Part shown: positions 25,101-37,205 of the stretch, piece by piece
Layout of the letters: each line of letters starts with the position of its first letter
Numbering within the stretch: the first letter of the stretch is position 1
Origin: Callorhinchus milii
Lineage: Eukaryota
Direction: 5' to 3'
Assembly: GCF_018977255.1 (NCBI RefSeq)
Contig: NW_024704743.1
Location: forward strand, 89,530,001-89,594,000
DNA: 64,000 nucleotides
Made by a program: the position numbers and the translations under genes
Notes under the pieces: model-generated
What the model was told of the DNA's origin: nothing
Database searches by the model: none
What the model saw: the letters and a program-made list of their open reading frames with translations, nothing else

Positions 25101-28100
25101 AAGGAGAATCATTTCTCAAAAGACTATTGACAAAATCATTCATAAAGCAAAGGACAAGATGGAGAGTTATACTATACCTTACTGTGCATACAATGATCTG
25201 TACATAATATCTAATTCTTTTTGCTTTTCATTTATTAGTCATAATGTTTTGATCGCTTTGTTCTATTTTTCTGATTCAAGATGTTCATTCAAAAATGCCA
25301 GTTGGTAATATGGTAAAATAATCCAATTCGTAAACTATTTTTATCAATGAATTGGCTATAGGGAATAATCTCCGGGGCATTTCTCTGAATTGCATGTGCA
25401 CATTATTTTCCAAAGATCAATGTTCCTCCTGAGAAGTCAATGAGAATCATCATAAAATACTGTTTGCTTTCAGGCAAATAGCTTTTATACGTCTTGCTTG
25501 AGCTATTTGCATACCTCAAAGCGGTTTGCGTGCCCAAGTACCCTGCCCTCTCCCTCCACTCTGCTAGTTCTGGCCTGCTTCATGTCCTCTGACCCACAAC
25601 CACTGTGCGGGTAAGCTTTCAACCACTTTGCCACCTGCTCTCTCACCACCACTATAACCCACATGAAACTGACCACCTGCTCCCTCAACCCCATCCCTAT
25701 CCCTCTCCTTACTTCACAGCACCACCTCCTTGCCCCTCTACTCACAGACATCATAAACCTTTCCCTGTCCACTGGTACCGATCCCACCCTTTTAAAAACG
25801 GCCATCATTGCTCCTATCATTAAAAACCCTCCCTGGACCCATCCCTGCTCTCAAATTACTGCCCCATCTCCAACCTCCCTTTCTTTTCCAAGGTCCTGGA
25901 ATGAGTTGTTGCTTCCCAACTTTATTCCTTCCTCTCCCACTACTCCCTTCAAGAAACCCTCCAATTGGGATTCCGCGCTGCCCATAGCATAGAAACAGCC
26001 CTGGTCAAAGTGACTAATGACATTTTATCCATCTGCGACCAAGGCTCCCTCTGCCTCCTCATCTCGTTGACAACTCTATCCACTTTGATATCGTTGACCA
26101 CTCTATCCTCCTCCACTGCCTCTCATCTCAAGCTTCATGGTTCTGTCCTTGAATGGTTCAGATCCCACCTCTCACACCGTCTCCACTTCAACTCCACAAA
26201 CGGTTTCTCCTCTAGCGCCCACCCCGTCTTGTGCGGCGTTCCTCAAGGCTCTGTCCTTGGCCCTCTCTTCTTCAATATCTATATGTTCCCTCTTGGTGAT
26301 ATTATCCGCAGACATGAGAACAACTTCCACATGTATGTGGATGACACCAACTCCATCTGAACAAAATGCAAAATATTGCAGATGCTGGAAATCTGAAACA
26401 AAAACAGAAGTCACTGGGAACACTCAGCAGGTCAGCCAGCATCTATGGAGAAAGGAAAGTGAGATGCTGCCTGACCTGCTGAGTGTTCCCAGTGACTTTT
26501 GTTTTTACCCAACTCTATCTCTTTGCCTCCACCCTCGATTTCAGGGCCACTGTCAGACATCAAAGTCCTGGATGAGAGCTAACTTTCTACAGTTGAACAT
26601 AAATAAGACCGAGCCCCTCCTGATTGGATCCTGTCAGCGCTTCCACACCTAAGCCACTGACAGCATCACCATCATTGTCTCACACCACAGGCCGCCAAGA
26701 AGCTCATACACACATTCATAACATCCAGGCTCCCTGTGCAAACTCCCTGTTTGTCAGCCTCACCAACTCCTCCTTCCATAGGCTGCAGATCATCCAGAAC
26801 TCTGCTGCCCATGTCCTCTCCCACACCAAGCTTAATGACCCTATCAACCCCATCATCGCCCAACTCCACTGGCTTCCCATCACACAGAGCTTACAGTTCA
26901 AGATCCTGGTCCTCACCGTCAAAGCCCTCCATGGCCTTGCTTCCCCCTACCTCTGCGACCTCCTAACCCCCTACCAAACTGCCTGCTCCCTCTGCTCAGC
27001 GGGCTCCAGCCTGCTTCATGTCCCCCACCTCAGCTGCCTCATCATTGGCGAGGGTGCCTTTGGCCATTCTAACCCCACCCTCTGGAACTCAATCCCACAG
27101 TCCCTCTGCTTCGCCTCCTCCTTTCCCTCCTTTGAGACCCATCTCAAGGCTCTCCTCTTCGACCGTGCCTTGGATCAACCTCCTTCCCCCCCTGCCCTCC
27201 ACCCTTTCCGATCCCAACCCCCAGCTCGGGTCTGAAACATTGATTGTCCAGCACCTTGGGACATCCTCCTGACGTGAAAGGTGGTATACAAATGTAATTT
27301 TGTTTGTTGTTGTTGTTGTTCTGAAATTCTTTTCTGATATTGCTCTGTCTCACTCCCTCCCCATCTGTTTTCAAAACCCATCTTCAGCCATATTCACCCT
27401 CACTCCCCCCATCTCCTACCAAACTTTGACTCTCACTCCATCTCTATAAAGCACTTGGAGATGATCTCCTATGTGAAATGTGTTATACAAGTGCAAAAAT
27501 TGTTGCTGTTGTTCGCATTCAAGTCTTTTCTTGGTAACTTTTTCCTTCGTTTAAATTCTCTGAGTCACGAAAAATAATTTGTGGTGATCTCAAGGGCACT
27601 CTACGTAGAATGCAAAGGCCTGAAGGAGTTTGGGAATCAAGCCGGGCAGTGGGATTGAAACTACAGCTTGCTCTAAGAGCCAGTGTAGACACAATGGCCC
27701 GAATGGCCTCCTTCTGCACTGTAAACTCTATGATTCTATAATAACTTTGAAACGTGTTCTTTCTGCTGGTGGCATTGCATGCTGGGATTTGTAGTTTCAT
27801 TTCCTCTTTTATCGTGTTTGTTAGGTACCCCCCACTTCTCACGAATGTGGCATTTGCAAACTAGACAACAACAACTTGCATTTATGTAGCATCACTCATG
27901 CAGGGTAGCGTCCCAGAGCACTTGGCAGTGGTGGAACACACCGCCGATCATATTATACAGATGTATATATATTTGATATGTATATACTTATATATAATAT
28001 ATATTGGACATCACAATAGCAGCTGAGGATTTGTTTTCAGGTCATTTCTTGTCAAGAAAAGGTCCAAAAGATCTGATAATAGTTTAGAAATCAAAGTTTG

Positions 28101-31100
28101 TAGGAAATTGCTAAGCAGTAAATCAGAAGTAATATTTAGCACAGCAACTTCAGGTTTGCAAATAGCTCACTTTTAATCTCAAATTCTACAGTTTGCAATG
28201 TTTTAAGAGACAAATGGTCACAATATGCAAGGAACTCTCCCATTAAAATAATGTAGGGTGCAACTGAAAATGGTATCGAGGATCAGATTTTCCTCACACA
28301 ATCCCCCTTCCTCACACACTCCATCTCTCCCACTGATTCTCACTCGCTCACACACATTCACTTCCTCTTTCTAATGAATAATGCTAGGGCTTTCTAATGC
28401 ACATCTAGGGCTTCAGTAATTGAATTGAACCTTTGCCAGCAGAGTAATAAAGCTGCTGTAGGATCCAGCACCCATATAACCTGACCCATTTCTGTAATAG
28501 CACTTGGTACAAGGACAGGTCTAATAACACAAATCGCACCCTCTGGGAGTTTTGCATTTCATCGAACAATTGTATTTTGTATAATATATAGTCATGGCAG
28601 TGATGGTAAAAGCTCCTGATGAAAATGTGCAGAAAGTGTGTTTGCCAAGGAAATACATAAATCAGCTTCTTAAATAATTAAAGCAAGGCTTCATTTTGTG
28701 CGAAACAGTGACCGACCATGTGGCCCACACTTGTTAAGCACAGGATCTATTCCAAAAAGATTTAAAATTCAAAGAGAAAGATTTTACGCTAAATTAAAAC
28801 TTTTCATATAATTCCCAACCAGATGACATTAGAGTCGAAAAGGGAGAGGACCAATTTAAAACAGTAAGGGTTTGTTAGTATATTGAGGTACCACTGTGTC
28901 ACACTGTGGATTCACCAGTGAGCAGAGACCTCAGCTGCAACATGGAGAAGTGCTTCTTTATAGTCAGAGAGTGAGGACATATCAAAGCAGAGAACCACTG
29001 TCACCTCCTCACAGACTGTCTGCTACAGAGCAGTATTGCCAAAGGCCTGGGAGCAAATCGCTTGCTGACTTTCTCCTCCAATGAACTGTGCTTTGGGTGG
29101 AGTGACAAACATGTGGTATGTGTTGTGATAATTATCACTGGTGATATACCACCACAGCAGAAAATGTGATTAAGTGCATATTTTCGAGTGCCAATACACA
29201 ACATCACAGCCATCACAGCCAGCTCAATCAGAGTTAAGCAACATCCTATGAAGTGGCACTGTCTTAGGGGAATAAGAGGGGCGGGGGCTCATGAGGAGCA
29301 TAAACAGGTGTCAGGCTGGCTCAGTGGTCGTACTCTTGCTTTTGGGTCAAAAGCGCTCTGGGACACTACACTGCATGAGGGGCGCTATATGAATATCAAG
29401 TTGTCGTAGTAGGTTCAAGCCCCACATTGGCACTTTAACTTACCGTCCAGGCTGACACGCCAATGCAAGTCTGGTGAGGGTTAAAAATTATTATTTCATT
29501 ATTGTTGTCAGAGATGCTGTCCCTTGGATGAGTGTTATCAAATTATTTTTTGAAACATCACATTTATTTATTCATAAAGATTGGGTGTGACAAACCCTTC
29601 CCTCCCTTGACTTCAGCATGCCGATAGCCACATGAATGCACAACCAGTAAAAGATGTTGTGGAGAGGCCAGGAGCAGGAATTCTGGCTGACTTTCCCTTC
29701 CCTAAACTCTGGAATGCACAAGGCCAATTCAGCCTTCCCATGCAGCTCAGCAGAGACCAGCAACTCAGCGTGGCCTGGGATTCGAACCAGTGAGCTCTAT
29801 AAGCTGCAGCTCATTCCACTACACCATTGGGTGTATTGAATAATTATGGAATGTGTTATGAAGATCACATATTAGTGAATTAGTGAACAGAAGACAAGAC
29901 AAGTTGAAACTGATTAGATTCTCCTGTTGTTGCAGCCTTCTCTCCGGGGGTGGAGGGAATCGACGGACCGCAAATGTGGCTGCCCATGGATTTGCAAACT
30001 TGTTCATTTTGGAAAAGAGAGACTTAAATGAAATTCTAGTGAATTATCCAGACTCGCAGAAGATTCTTAGAAAGAAGGCCCGGTGAGTAACAAATAATAA
30101 TAATAACAATCCTAATAATCCTTGCATCTGACAAAGCACTGCTTTCATGTTGGGAGGACATCTGAAAGTGCTTTATGGGCTATTCTGTAATGCGTAATAG
30201 TTATATATTTTGTAGTGAACACAGCAGGCAGTTTGTACGAATAGTGCCCCACAAACAGGCAAGAAGTGAATGACTAATTTTATCTGAGGAATTGTTGGCC
30301 AGGTTACCAACAGAAACCCCCTTCTCTTTGCGAATAGTGTCATGGGAGCTTTAACATCCACCTGAACGGGCAGACAGACTGTAATGTGATTAAACGCATT
30401 TCCTCTGATTAAATTAGTCCTGGAAAAACAATCTGTCACTTCCACTTCCCTATCCTTGAAACCACACCATCCTTTTGTGTGATATATGGTATGTGGAACA
30501 GACTTTGCTCAAGGCAGGTTTTCATCATATGGATCACACAAGGTTAAGACAGGTTGAGATACAGAAGGACTTTTGGCCCATTTGATCTTATCCATCCACA
30601 ATGCCAACCTCACCATCTTTCTATCACAGCATCAAGCCATTTTGTAAATGAATCCAAAGTCTTGGCCTCAAGGATGCTTCCTGGTAATCCTGTTTCAGTT
30701 GTTGATTACCCTCTACGTGGAGAAATATTTTCTGACTAGTTCAATACCTTAAGACCTATGTTTTTGACTGCACTTTTGGCGACCTTCTCCCACCCGCACC
30801 CCTCAGTTTCTTATTCCCCGGGTCTGGTTCAAGACAGCTAAGTGAAGCACTTTGAGACGTCCTCCCAATCTAGGGCACCATATGAATGTAATTTGCTGTT
30901 GTTATGCATTCTTCAAAACCTACTTCTGAAGGTAGAAATTCCACTTGGGCCTAGGATGACACTATTTTCTCAACCTTTCATAACATGCAGAATTTGGCAA
31001 ATTCTTAAATACAGTCTTACTTTTGAAGGTGGTTTTCTGTAGATTCTTTTACAAACTACAAAAAAATAACTTCAAAGTTACTTTGCCTACAAATACACCG

Positions 31101-34100
31101 TCAATATACTTTGCAGTAATTCCTGTGAAGTGCTTTGAAATGTTTTGACAACTTAACAAGGCAATCAAATGCAAAGATTATTTTTATTCTGAATCTAATA
31201 ATTTACCGATTGCTACACACTCAGGGATTCTAAGAAAAAGAATAAAGAATTTCTTCCCCATCAACCTCCTCAGAGATGTGAATAACCATAGATAAAATCT
31301 CTAATGTTCCTTCGACTCACTCCCTCCCTCACCTTGTTCAAGACGGTTTTGAGATCTATCTTCGAGCGCATTTTTGTCTTCTTTCTCCTCCCCACTCTTC
31401 TGAGCTCTCACCTCCAGCTCGGGTGCTTGGGATGTTCCTCTGACATGAAAGCACTATACCAAATGCAAGGATTTTTTTATCATTATTATTATTATTACCA
31501 ACCTCATATTTACTAAAAATCCCCTCAAATCTTTCCAAATTTCCACTTTTTCTAAAGAACTATGAGCACTTTGCAACTCTCCAAATTTAACTATTGCACT
31601 TTTTAGTATATTAACATTTACAAGCTAAAAGCTGTCTACGTTGTTACATCTGGCTTATGGTGATGTACAATGTCTTTGATATTCTTGATAATTCAGATCT
31701 AATATGACCTGATACAAGCCCTTAATTTGTACAGACTTATAGAATTGCTAATGGACTTGTTAGCTTCAACATAATGGGAGATAACATTCATTCAAATTTA
31801 ACATGCATGAACAGCAGTAACTTAGTGTTATTTTTTCAGCTAAGACTTTGGAAACAATATTAGCCAGAGACCCGCTTCAGAAGGTTTATTATTAAGAATA
31901 CTTAACTGTATTATCAGGTTGCATATTCTTTAATTGTATGGACTGATTACTTCACAGTAGTCCTAACTGTGTTATGATTTTTTTTTAAATTATAGGGTGC
32001 AAATAGTAACTTCTGTAAAGTTGATAAAAGAGTAAACAATTCATCGTCCAAACATACAGTCTCCCTATTGTTCCTTTGTTGATATTCGTTTTGTAACACA
32101 TACATATAAAGAGACATTAAATACACTGTGGGCCTTGATCTTTCACCCAGATTTCTCAGTAATAACACAGTTATCACCCATCACAATGAGTTTCCATGGT
32201 AGCACACCAATCCCTTTCTTTTTCAGGGAATTTCCATAGTAACATAATGATTTTCCATCAAAATCTCTTATATGGGAGACAACTTTCACAATCAAGCTAG
32301 AAACTGAAGCATAGAGCATAGGTCACTATGATCCAGCTCTGCAGTTAGCAACATTGGGCAGACTTCGGGTTAATTGGCTCTTTTACCAGACGGGTTATTT
32401 AACACTCCTACTAATCTTTCATTTATACCTGCTATCTTCGTATCTTTTATATGCTTAGTCTCCATTCTAAATGTCCATGACCCTGAAAATAGTAACAATT
32501 GTCAGTCAATATTGTCCATCTTCTGAGGGTGAGAAGACACCAGCAGTTCTCTGTTCTGTGTACATTGTTAGCAAGTGCTAAAAAGCATCAGGACTGCAGT
32601 ATCTAGATCTCACTTGTTTCAGCTGCAGTACTCACTTACTTATGTCTATAGATCGTGTTAACATAATGGAATAAAATTTCAAACTCAAATCTAGATGTAT
32701 TCAGACGAGCTAACCAAAAAACATATTTTAAGGACCTGAGTTTCACTTGGATACAACGATCTTGTAGCCAAAGAAACTTCTACAAAGATAGTTGTATCTG
32801 TTTCATAGTGAAGTATAGGCATTACCTTGCCACATCCCTTGCCATCACAATTGTTATGTAATTCATTGAGCGCACTCAAGTGAGCATGACACAGACTCTT
32901 GACTTAATGATTCATTCTTAATGTTACGCTTGAAACCAGACATTGGACTTCCAGCTGGTAGATTGAGGCCTTCACCGGCTGATAATTCAGACATTGTATT
33001 TTACTGAAAAAAGATTTAGAGCAGCCTGTATCCCACTGAGTAAGAGTTTAACACCACAAGCCAGAAATCCAATGCCATGTGCCTGACTTTAAGAACTTTA
33101 CCATTGAGAATAGCTTTAGGAGGTAGGGCTCCCACAGATCCAGTTACAGATTCAGTGATAAATGGCAAGCGTACAGCTAAAATTTCACCAATGAAAATGT
33201 TTAAGACTTGCTGCAAGATTTCTTCATATACGGTAAACCCTTGTCTGGTCCCAACACACATATATGTTCAGAATGGTCCCTGACCTGTAAGTGTAACCGG
33301 AGTGACACGTTCCAGTGGAAATTCATCAATACACAAATAATATCACCCTCAATTCCAAATCACATTGCAAACACACAAAGTTACCACTGCCAGACCCTTA
33401 GGTCTATAGAGCAATAATAATAAAAATAATAATAATAATTTCTTGATTTCCAGAAAATTGCTGTCTAAAGACAAAGGGAAAAGGACAGAAGTCCAACAGC
33501 CAGTTCGAAAAGGCTTCATGTGCCTCATTCCACACAAAGAGGAAACTCCCAAACTTTTCCATACTCTGCTGTCAGCTATAAAAACACAGAAAAGGTTTGC
33601 TTTTCTGCAGAAATTCAAAGAAGCTGAATCTCGGGTAATGCTATTTATTAAATTGTTGAAGTTTTACAGTGATTTATTACAACAATCTTGTTGTTAATGT
33701 TAGATTCATGTTAGAAGGAGCATCAAAGTAACAGGACAATACGAAAACTTCTCATCTGCAGATTGTGAAGAAAGTCTGCACTGGAGGATAGTGGGATATT
33801 TGGGATTTGGTTTTGAAAAAATATGGAGTGAAAAATGCAGCATCTTTATAATAAATTATCATTTATATTAATAATCCAGTGATTTTTTTATGTTTGACCA
33901 TTGAATGAAACCCCTTCCCCCCATCACTCTGCAATATTGGTTGAGGCTCCACCTTGCTAAGCCAGTCCAGAACCTTGGGGTCATGTTTAACCCTCAACTA
34001 TCCTTTCTACCCCACATCTGCGCCATGACCCGCTCTGCCTTACTCCCCCTGCGCAATCTTGCCCGGCTCCACCACTGTCTCACACTGCAGGCCGCCAAAA

Positions 34101-36678
34101 TGCTCATACATGCTTTTCATAAGACCATAAGACGTAGGAGCAGGCGTAGGCCATTTAAGGAGAGTACTCCCTCTAAAGCAAGTATGTCCTTTCTTAAATA
34201 AGGAGACCAAAACTGCACACAATATTCCAAGTGTGGTCTCACCAAGGCCTTATACAACTGCAGCAAGACTTCCCTACTCTTGTACTCTAACCATTTTGCA
34301 ACGAACGCCAACATGGCATTAGTCTTCCTAGTTGCTTGCTGTACCTTCATACTAACTTTTTGTGACTGGTGTACAAGGACCCCTAGTTTTAGATTCATTA
34401 CATCGAGGCTCCACTATGCAAACTCATTGCTTGTCAGCCTCCCCAACTCTTCCCTCCTCAGGCTACAGATCATCCAGAACTCTGCAGCTCATGTCCTCTT
34501 CTGCACTAGGCTCCGTGACCCTATCACCCCCATCCTTGCCCAACTCCACTGGCTTCCCATTACACACCCCTTACCATCCTGCTCGCTCCCTCTGCTCAGC
34601 GGACTCCGACCTGCTTCACGACCCCGCCTCACTCACCCACTATTGGCAGACGGGCTTTCCACCACCCTGCCCCCACCCTCTGGTACTCCATCCCACATTC
34701 CCTCCACCTCACCCCTTCCCTTGCCACGTTCAAGACCCATCTCAAGATCCTCCTCTTCGACTGCGCTTTCAATCTCCCTGCTTCCCCCCTGCCCTCCACC
34801 CTCCCTGACCCTGACACCCAGCTCGGGTCCGTAACTCTGTCTTTCCAGCGCCTTGGGACATCCTCCCGATGTGAAAGGAGCTTTACAAATGTAATTTTGT
34901 TGTTGTTGAATAAATTTGAAAAAAATGCTAATCAGATCAGTTAATGTCTTCTTGGTTATTAGTTTTGTTTTATGATTTTGAATGGCAGTTACCAGTGCGC
35001 AATCTAGGTATCCGGTTCAAACCCAGCTGTCCTTCCTCTCCCACATCTGGTCCCTGACTAGGACTGCCTTCTTCTACCTCTGCCACATTCTCATCTCCGA
35101 CCGTACCTTACCCCAAATGCAGCTGAAACCCTCACGCTTGCATTTGTCACCTCCTGCCTGGATCACTCAAACGCACTCCTCGCCGATCTCCCCAGCTCCA
35201 TTATTCAAAAGATTCAGCTCATTCAGAACTCTACTGCCCACATACTTACCCAGACCAAACTCTGTACTCACTTCTCACCAGTTTTGGCCAGGCTCCACTG
35301 GTTCCCCATCACCGAACAGATCGACTTCAAGATCCTCACACTCGTGTTCAAATCCCTTCACTCTCTGGCACCTCCCTACCTCTGTGATCTCCTCACTCCC
35401 CAGTCCATCACCTGGTGCTTCCGCTCGAATGGCATCACCCTCCCTTGCACCTATGTTAGATTGATAGATTCATTCATGTTACCCACCATCGGAGGTCGCA
35501 CTTTCAGCCACTACTCCCCAAAACTCTAGAACACTTTCCCTCAATTCCTCTGCCTTACCCCCCTCTCTCCTTATTCAAGTCCTGCCTGAAACCTTTCTTC
35601 TACAAGCTTGCTTACGGCCACCTCCCCCACCTTCCGGCTCAAAGTCAGGCTCCGCCACTGTCTGAGATGCTATCCTGCATGTTGTGTTATTCCTCCTTTT
35701 CAGGAAATTTACCAACCATTAGCAGTATGCACTTTGTAAGTAACAAATGTCCTCCTCAATAAAAACCTTTTTGGGGGTCAGCCAGTTGCCTGACCCATCA
35801 CCATGCTTAAGTATATCTAAACCAGACTAAGAGTTCCACATATGTATGCCACCTACACAATATAATGCCCCTGAGCCTGAAATGGAATACACACTTTCTC
35901 CCTTGAAGGACGCACCTAATTCTGGAGAGTATTACTTGGAGAAGAATCAAAAACCAAACAAATCTTTTAGACAGCCATGATACAAGGTCAATGGTGATAT
36001 ACAAAGTTCATTTTCTAATTTGTCTTTCTTTATTTTGTGAATCTGAATTGTTCAGAATTGAGTGTAGATGACTACTGATTTATAAGGTTATTTTGGGAAG
36101 GGTTTGGGTGAAGGAGAAGTGATATCTGACTTGAAAATGACCTTAACAAGCATCAGATTTTATCTTTAACAAAATAGTTAAGTTACTGGTTACAATAGTA
36201 CTGGGGTTTAAAATGCAATATTTGCAAATACTGTAGTTATAATCAGTGTCTTGATTCTAGATTGTTAAAATCATATTTTGGGTCCACATACGGGTACCTC
36301 TATCACTACTGATGGCAATAACAGTTGATTTTGCGACTGATTCAAGAAAGGCAATATTTGTTATGTTTAATTCTTTTTTTTTTGGTTTTCCAGCAAGCCT
36401 CCAGAGCATCTAGCCCTGGCCCTTTACCCAGTATCACAGCTAAGAAAAAAACTGAAGCAACACCTAAGGTCAGCAACTTGCTTACTGTTACAGCTCACCA
36501 TCTCCAGACCGGCTATACACAAGAGGCAGCTCCCTTGACAGTTCCCCAAACTGCACGACGTGGTATATTAAGAGGAATTAGCAATGAATCGCTGGTAATT
36601 CATATGACTCCCACTCTCAAATTAAATGAAGGAGAAATCCTTACTGTCGAAGTCAAACTGAAAAGTGACAAGAAATAA
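1003..36678 (+). CDS. CNGB3: Cyclic nucleotide-gated channel beta-3 subunit, 5'-partial, 14 coding exons plus one alternative pore exon
   Basis: Exons 1003-1179, 4035-4243, 7664-7714, 8231-8317, 11576-11640, 11952-12074, 13645-13786, 14570-14729, 14808-14905, 18705-18788, 21523-21641, 29936-30082, 33454-33634 and 36394-36678 join via GT-AG introns into one open frame (1928 nt). It encodes S1-S6, the TIGGLPEP pore, C-linker and CNBD (FGEISLL...NRRTANV). Residues typical of CNGB3 rather than CNGB1: [60 protein letters not shown] and C-terminal EILTVEVK. Confidence 0.92.
1813..2430 (+). mobile_element. L2 LINE 3' fragments: a young 3' end (~1904-2140) inserted in an older L2
   Basis: 3' UTR ...ccttgggacgtcctcctgacgtgaaaggcgct..ataaatggaatc(ttg)n, nearly identical to 61580-61812. 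The older element resumes at 2141. Confidence 0.8.
4035..4243 (+). CDS. CNGB3: CNGB3 exon (~exon 6), S1-S2: (D)[27 protein letters not shown]...[11 protein letters not shown]
   Basis: tttcag| acceptor, |gtgagt donor, 209 nt, phases fit both neighbours. Confidence 0.95.
4306..5210 (-). mobile_element. Young 5'-truncated L2 LINE
   Basis: ORF2 C-terminal peptide [17 protein letters not shown]...[14 protein letters not shown]...[12 protein letters not shown] with a frameshift. (ttg)n tail. Near-identical to 60875-61812. Confidence 0.9.
5955..6250 (+). mobile_element. Deu-domain SINE
   Basis: tRNA-like head (A/B box-like), then core gagatgttaaactgaggtcctgtctgcctgctcaaatggatgttaaagatcccatgg. Confidence 0.65.
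6740..7110 (+). mobile_element. Degenerate CR1 LINE 3' fragment
   Basis: Remnant RGDL..YKILNG..K..RGH peptide and 3' UTR. Similar pieces at ~9000-9210, 10660-10870, 27590-27740 and 59900-60110. Confidence 0.5.
7664..7714 (+). CDS. CNGB3: CNGB3 exon (~exon 7): [17 protein letters not shown]
   Basis: Polypyrimidine tract plus tag| acceptor, |gtaagt donor, 51 nt, phase 0-0. Homologous to the S2-S3 linker. Confidence 0.92.
8231..8317 (+). CDS. CNGB3: CNGB3 exon (~exon 8), S3-S4: [29 protein letters not shown]
   Basis: ccacag| acceptor, |gtaaat donor, 87 nt. Confidence 0.95.
8385..8782 (+). mobile_element. Deu-SINE core followed by an L2 3' end
   Basis: Deu core at 8385-8605, then [13 protein letters not shown] and an L2 tail ending in (ttg)n. 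Confidence 0.65.
11576..11640 (+). CDS. CNGB3: CNGB3 exon (~exon 9): [21 protein letters not shown](R)
   Basis: tctctag| acceptor, |gtaagc donor, 65 nt. Confidence 0.95.
11952..12074 (+). CDS. CNGB3: CNGB3 exon (~exon 10), S5 and turret: [40 protein letters not shown]
   Basis: tttacag| acceptor, AG|gtagat donor, 123 nt, phase 2-2. Confidence 0.95.
12816..12957 (+). CDS. CNGB3: Duplicated alternative pore/S6 exon ('11a'): (S)[47 protein letters not shown]
   Basis: Long polypyrimidine tract plus tttag| acceptor, CAG|gtatat donor. 142 nt, phase 2-0, open frame, colinear with exon 13645-13786 (22/47 aa identical, no gaps). Not present in the supplied ORF track. Confidence 0.85.
13645..13786 (+). 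CDS. CNGB3: CNGB3 canonical pore/S6 exon ('11b'): (R)[47 protein letters not shown]
   Basis: ctccag| acceptor, CAG|gtaaat donor, 142 nt. Canonical beta-subunit filter TIGGLP. Confidence 0.97.
14570..14729 (+). CDS. CNGB3: CNGB3 exon (~exon 12), end of S6 and C-linker: [53 protein letters not shown]
   Basis: gaag| acceptor, G|gtaagt donor, 160 nt. Confidence 0.95.
14808..14905 (+). CDS. CNGB3: CNGB3 exon (~exon 13): (D)[32 protein letters not shown]
   Basis: tttcag| acceptor after a 78-nt intron, AAG|gtgggt donor, 98 nt. Confidence 0.95.
15059..15200 (+). mobile_element. Short tRNA-headed SINE with L2-like tail
   Basis: gtcctatagcatagtggtt...ctgggttcaattcc head joined directly to a gtgaagtgctttgaga...tatcaaatgcaa tail. 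Confidence 0.6.
15290..16295 (+). mobile_element. L2 LINE fragment (RT and C-terminus)
   Basis: [21 protein letters not shown] and [15 protein letters not shown], with stops and deletions. (ttg)n tail. Confidence 0.9.
16595..16976 (-). mobile_element. Young 5'-truncated L2 3' end
   Basis: Near-identical to the 3' part of 4306-5210. (caa)n on the + strand. Confidence 0.9.
18705..18788 (+). CDS. CNGB3: CNGB3 exon (~exon 14): [28 protein letters not shown]
   Basis: ctgcag| acceptor, AAG|gtaatc donor, 84 nt. Confidence 0.95.
21523..21641 (+). CDS. CNGB3: CNGB3 exon (~exon 15), [43 protein letters not shown](S)
   Basis: ttgcag| acceptor, AG|gtaatt donor, 119 nt. Confidence 0.96.
25505..27320 (+). 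mobile_element. L2 LINE fragment with a nested palindromic insertion
   Basis: [38 protein letters not shown] and LHWLPI motifs. (ttg)n tail. Interrupted at 26359-26508. Confidence 0.9.
26359..26508. repeat. Small palindromic (foldback) insertion
   Basis: 45-nt inverted arms at 26400-26444 and 26462-26506 (2 mismatches). Flanked by ccaactc(c/t)atct direct repeats. Confidence 0.8.
29936..30082 (+). CDS. CNGB3: CNGB3 exon (~exon 16), [52 protein letters not shown](R)
   Basis: ttgcag| acceptor, CG|gtgagt donor, 147 nt. Confidence 0.96.
33454..33634 (+). CDS. CNGB3: CNGB3 exon (~exon 17): [60 protein letters not shown]
   Basis: ttccag| acceptor, CGG|gtaatg donor, 181 nt. Contains the EETPKLF motif. 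Confidence 0.92.
33915..34910 (+). mobile_element. L2 LINE fragment interrupted by a CR1
   Basis: [15 protein letters not shown]...LIHAF, then after the insertion [12 protein letters not shown]...LHWLPI. L2 tail at the end. Confidence 0.88.
34121..34393 (-). mobile_element. CR1 LINE fragment nested in L2
   Basis: [18 protein letters not shown]...[31 protein letters not shown], with a (tcttatgg)-type 3' tail. Confidence 0.88.
35017..35690 (+). mobile_element. Older L2 LINE fragment
   Basis: [36 protein letters not shown]. Confidence 0.8.
36394..36678 (+). CDS. CNGB3: CNGB3 terminal coding exon: [10 protein letters not shown]...[40 protein letters not shown]
   Basis: T-rich tract plus ccag| acceptor, phase 0, TAA at 36676-36678. 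The C-terminus resembles the CNGB3 tail. Confidence 0.9.
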   Translation, partial: QASRASSPGPLPSITAKKKTEATPKVSNLLTVTAHHLQTGYTQEAAPLTVPQTARRGILRGISNESLVIHMTPTLKLNEGEILTVEVKLKSDKK

Positions 36679-37199
36679 TCGTCAAACTTTCTGACGCAAA
36701 CGGGAAACAAGTGGATCAGTCTCTGATGGTCAGTAAACTTATTGACCTCGGTGGATGAGTGAGTCTGCTCATCAGCAAAAGTCAGCAAATTTACTGCGGA
36801 TCAAAGAATCATGTCAAAGGACTGTACAATGTTTATTTACTTATATGTTATCAATCATACGTACCATCTAAAGACATATCACTTTGATCGCACTTTCGGT
36901 CATCTTTTCCCTCTTTGGCTCCCACCCGCAGCTCGGATGCCCAGCCAGCAGTGTCAAGTGCTTTGATGTGAAAGGCACCATATAAATTAAAAACCATATT
37001 GTAATGTTTAATTTATTCGGACACAAGCACACTGGATGTATTGTATTGGAAAATATTAAAAGTTACTGACCCCTTGTTACCCCTTGTGATTAAATTTACT
37101 AACCTTTTGAGGTGTGCTCTTAGAGTGACCTCCCCCATTAAATATAATTTGTTATGGTTTTATTCTGGGTGTAAATTGTAGTTGTAATACACTTATTAC

Positions 37200-37205
37200 A
37201 ATAAA
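37200..37205 (+). terminator. Candidate polyadenylation signal AATAAA for CNGB3
   Basis: AATAAA about 520 nt after the stop, followed by T/GT-rich sequence. Confidence 0.5.

Noticed and set aside
32690..33283. Antisense ORFs and an exon-like block (~32827-33003) in a CNGB3 intron
   Set aside because: Short, stop-interrupted, with no recognisable homology and no phase-compatible partner exons.
1003..36678. Assignment of the gene as CNGB1
   Set aside because: Despite some CNGB1-like motifs, the pore, S6, CNBD and C-terminal diagnostic residues match CNGB3.
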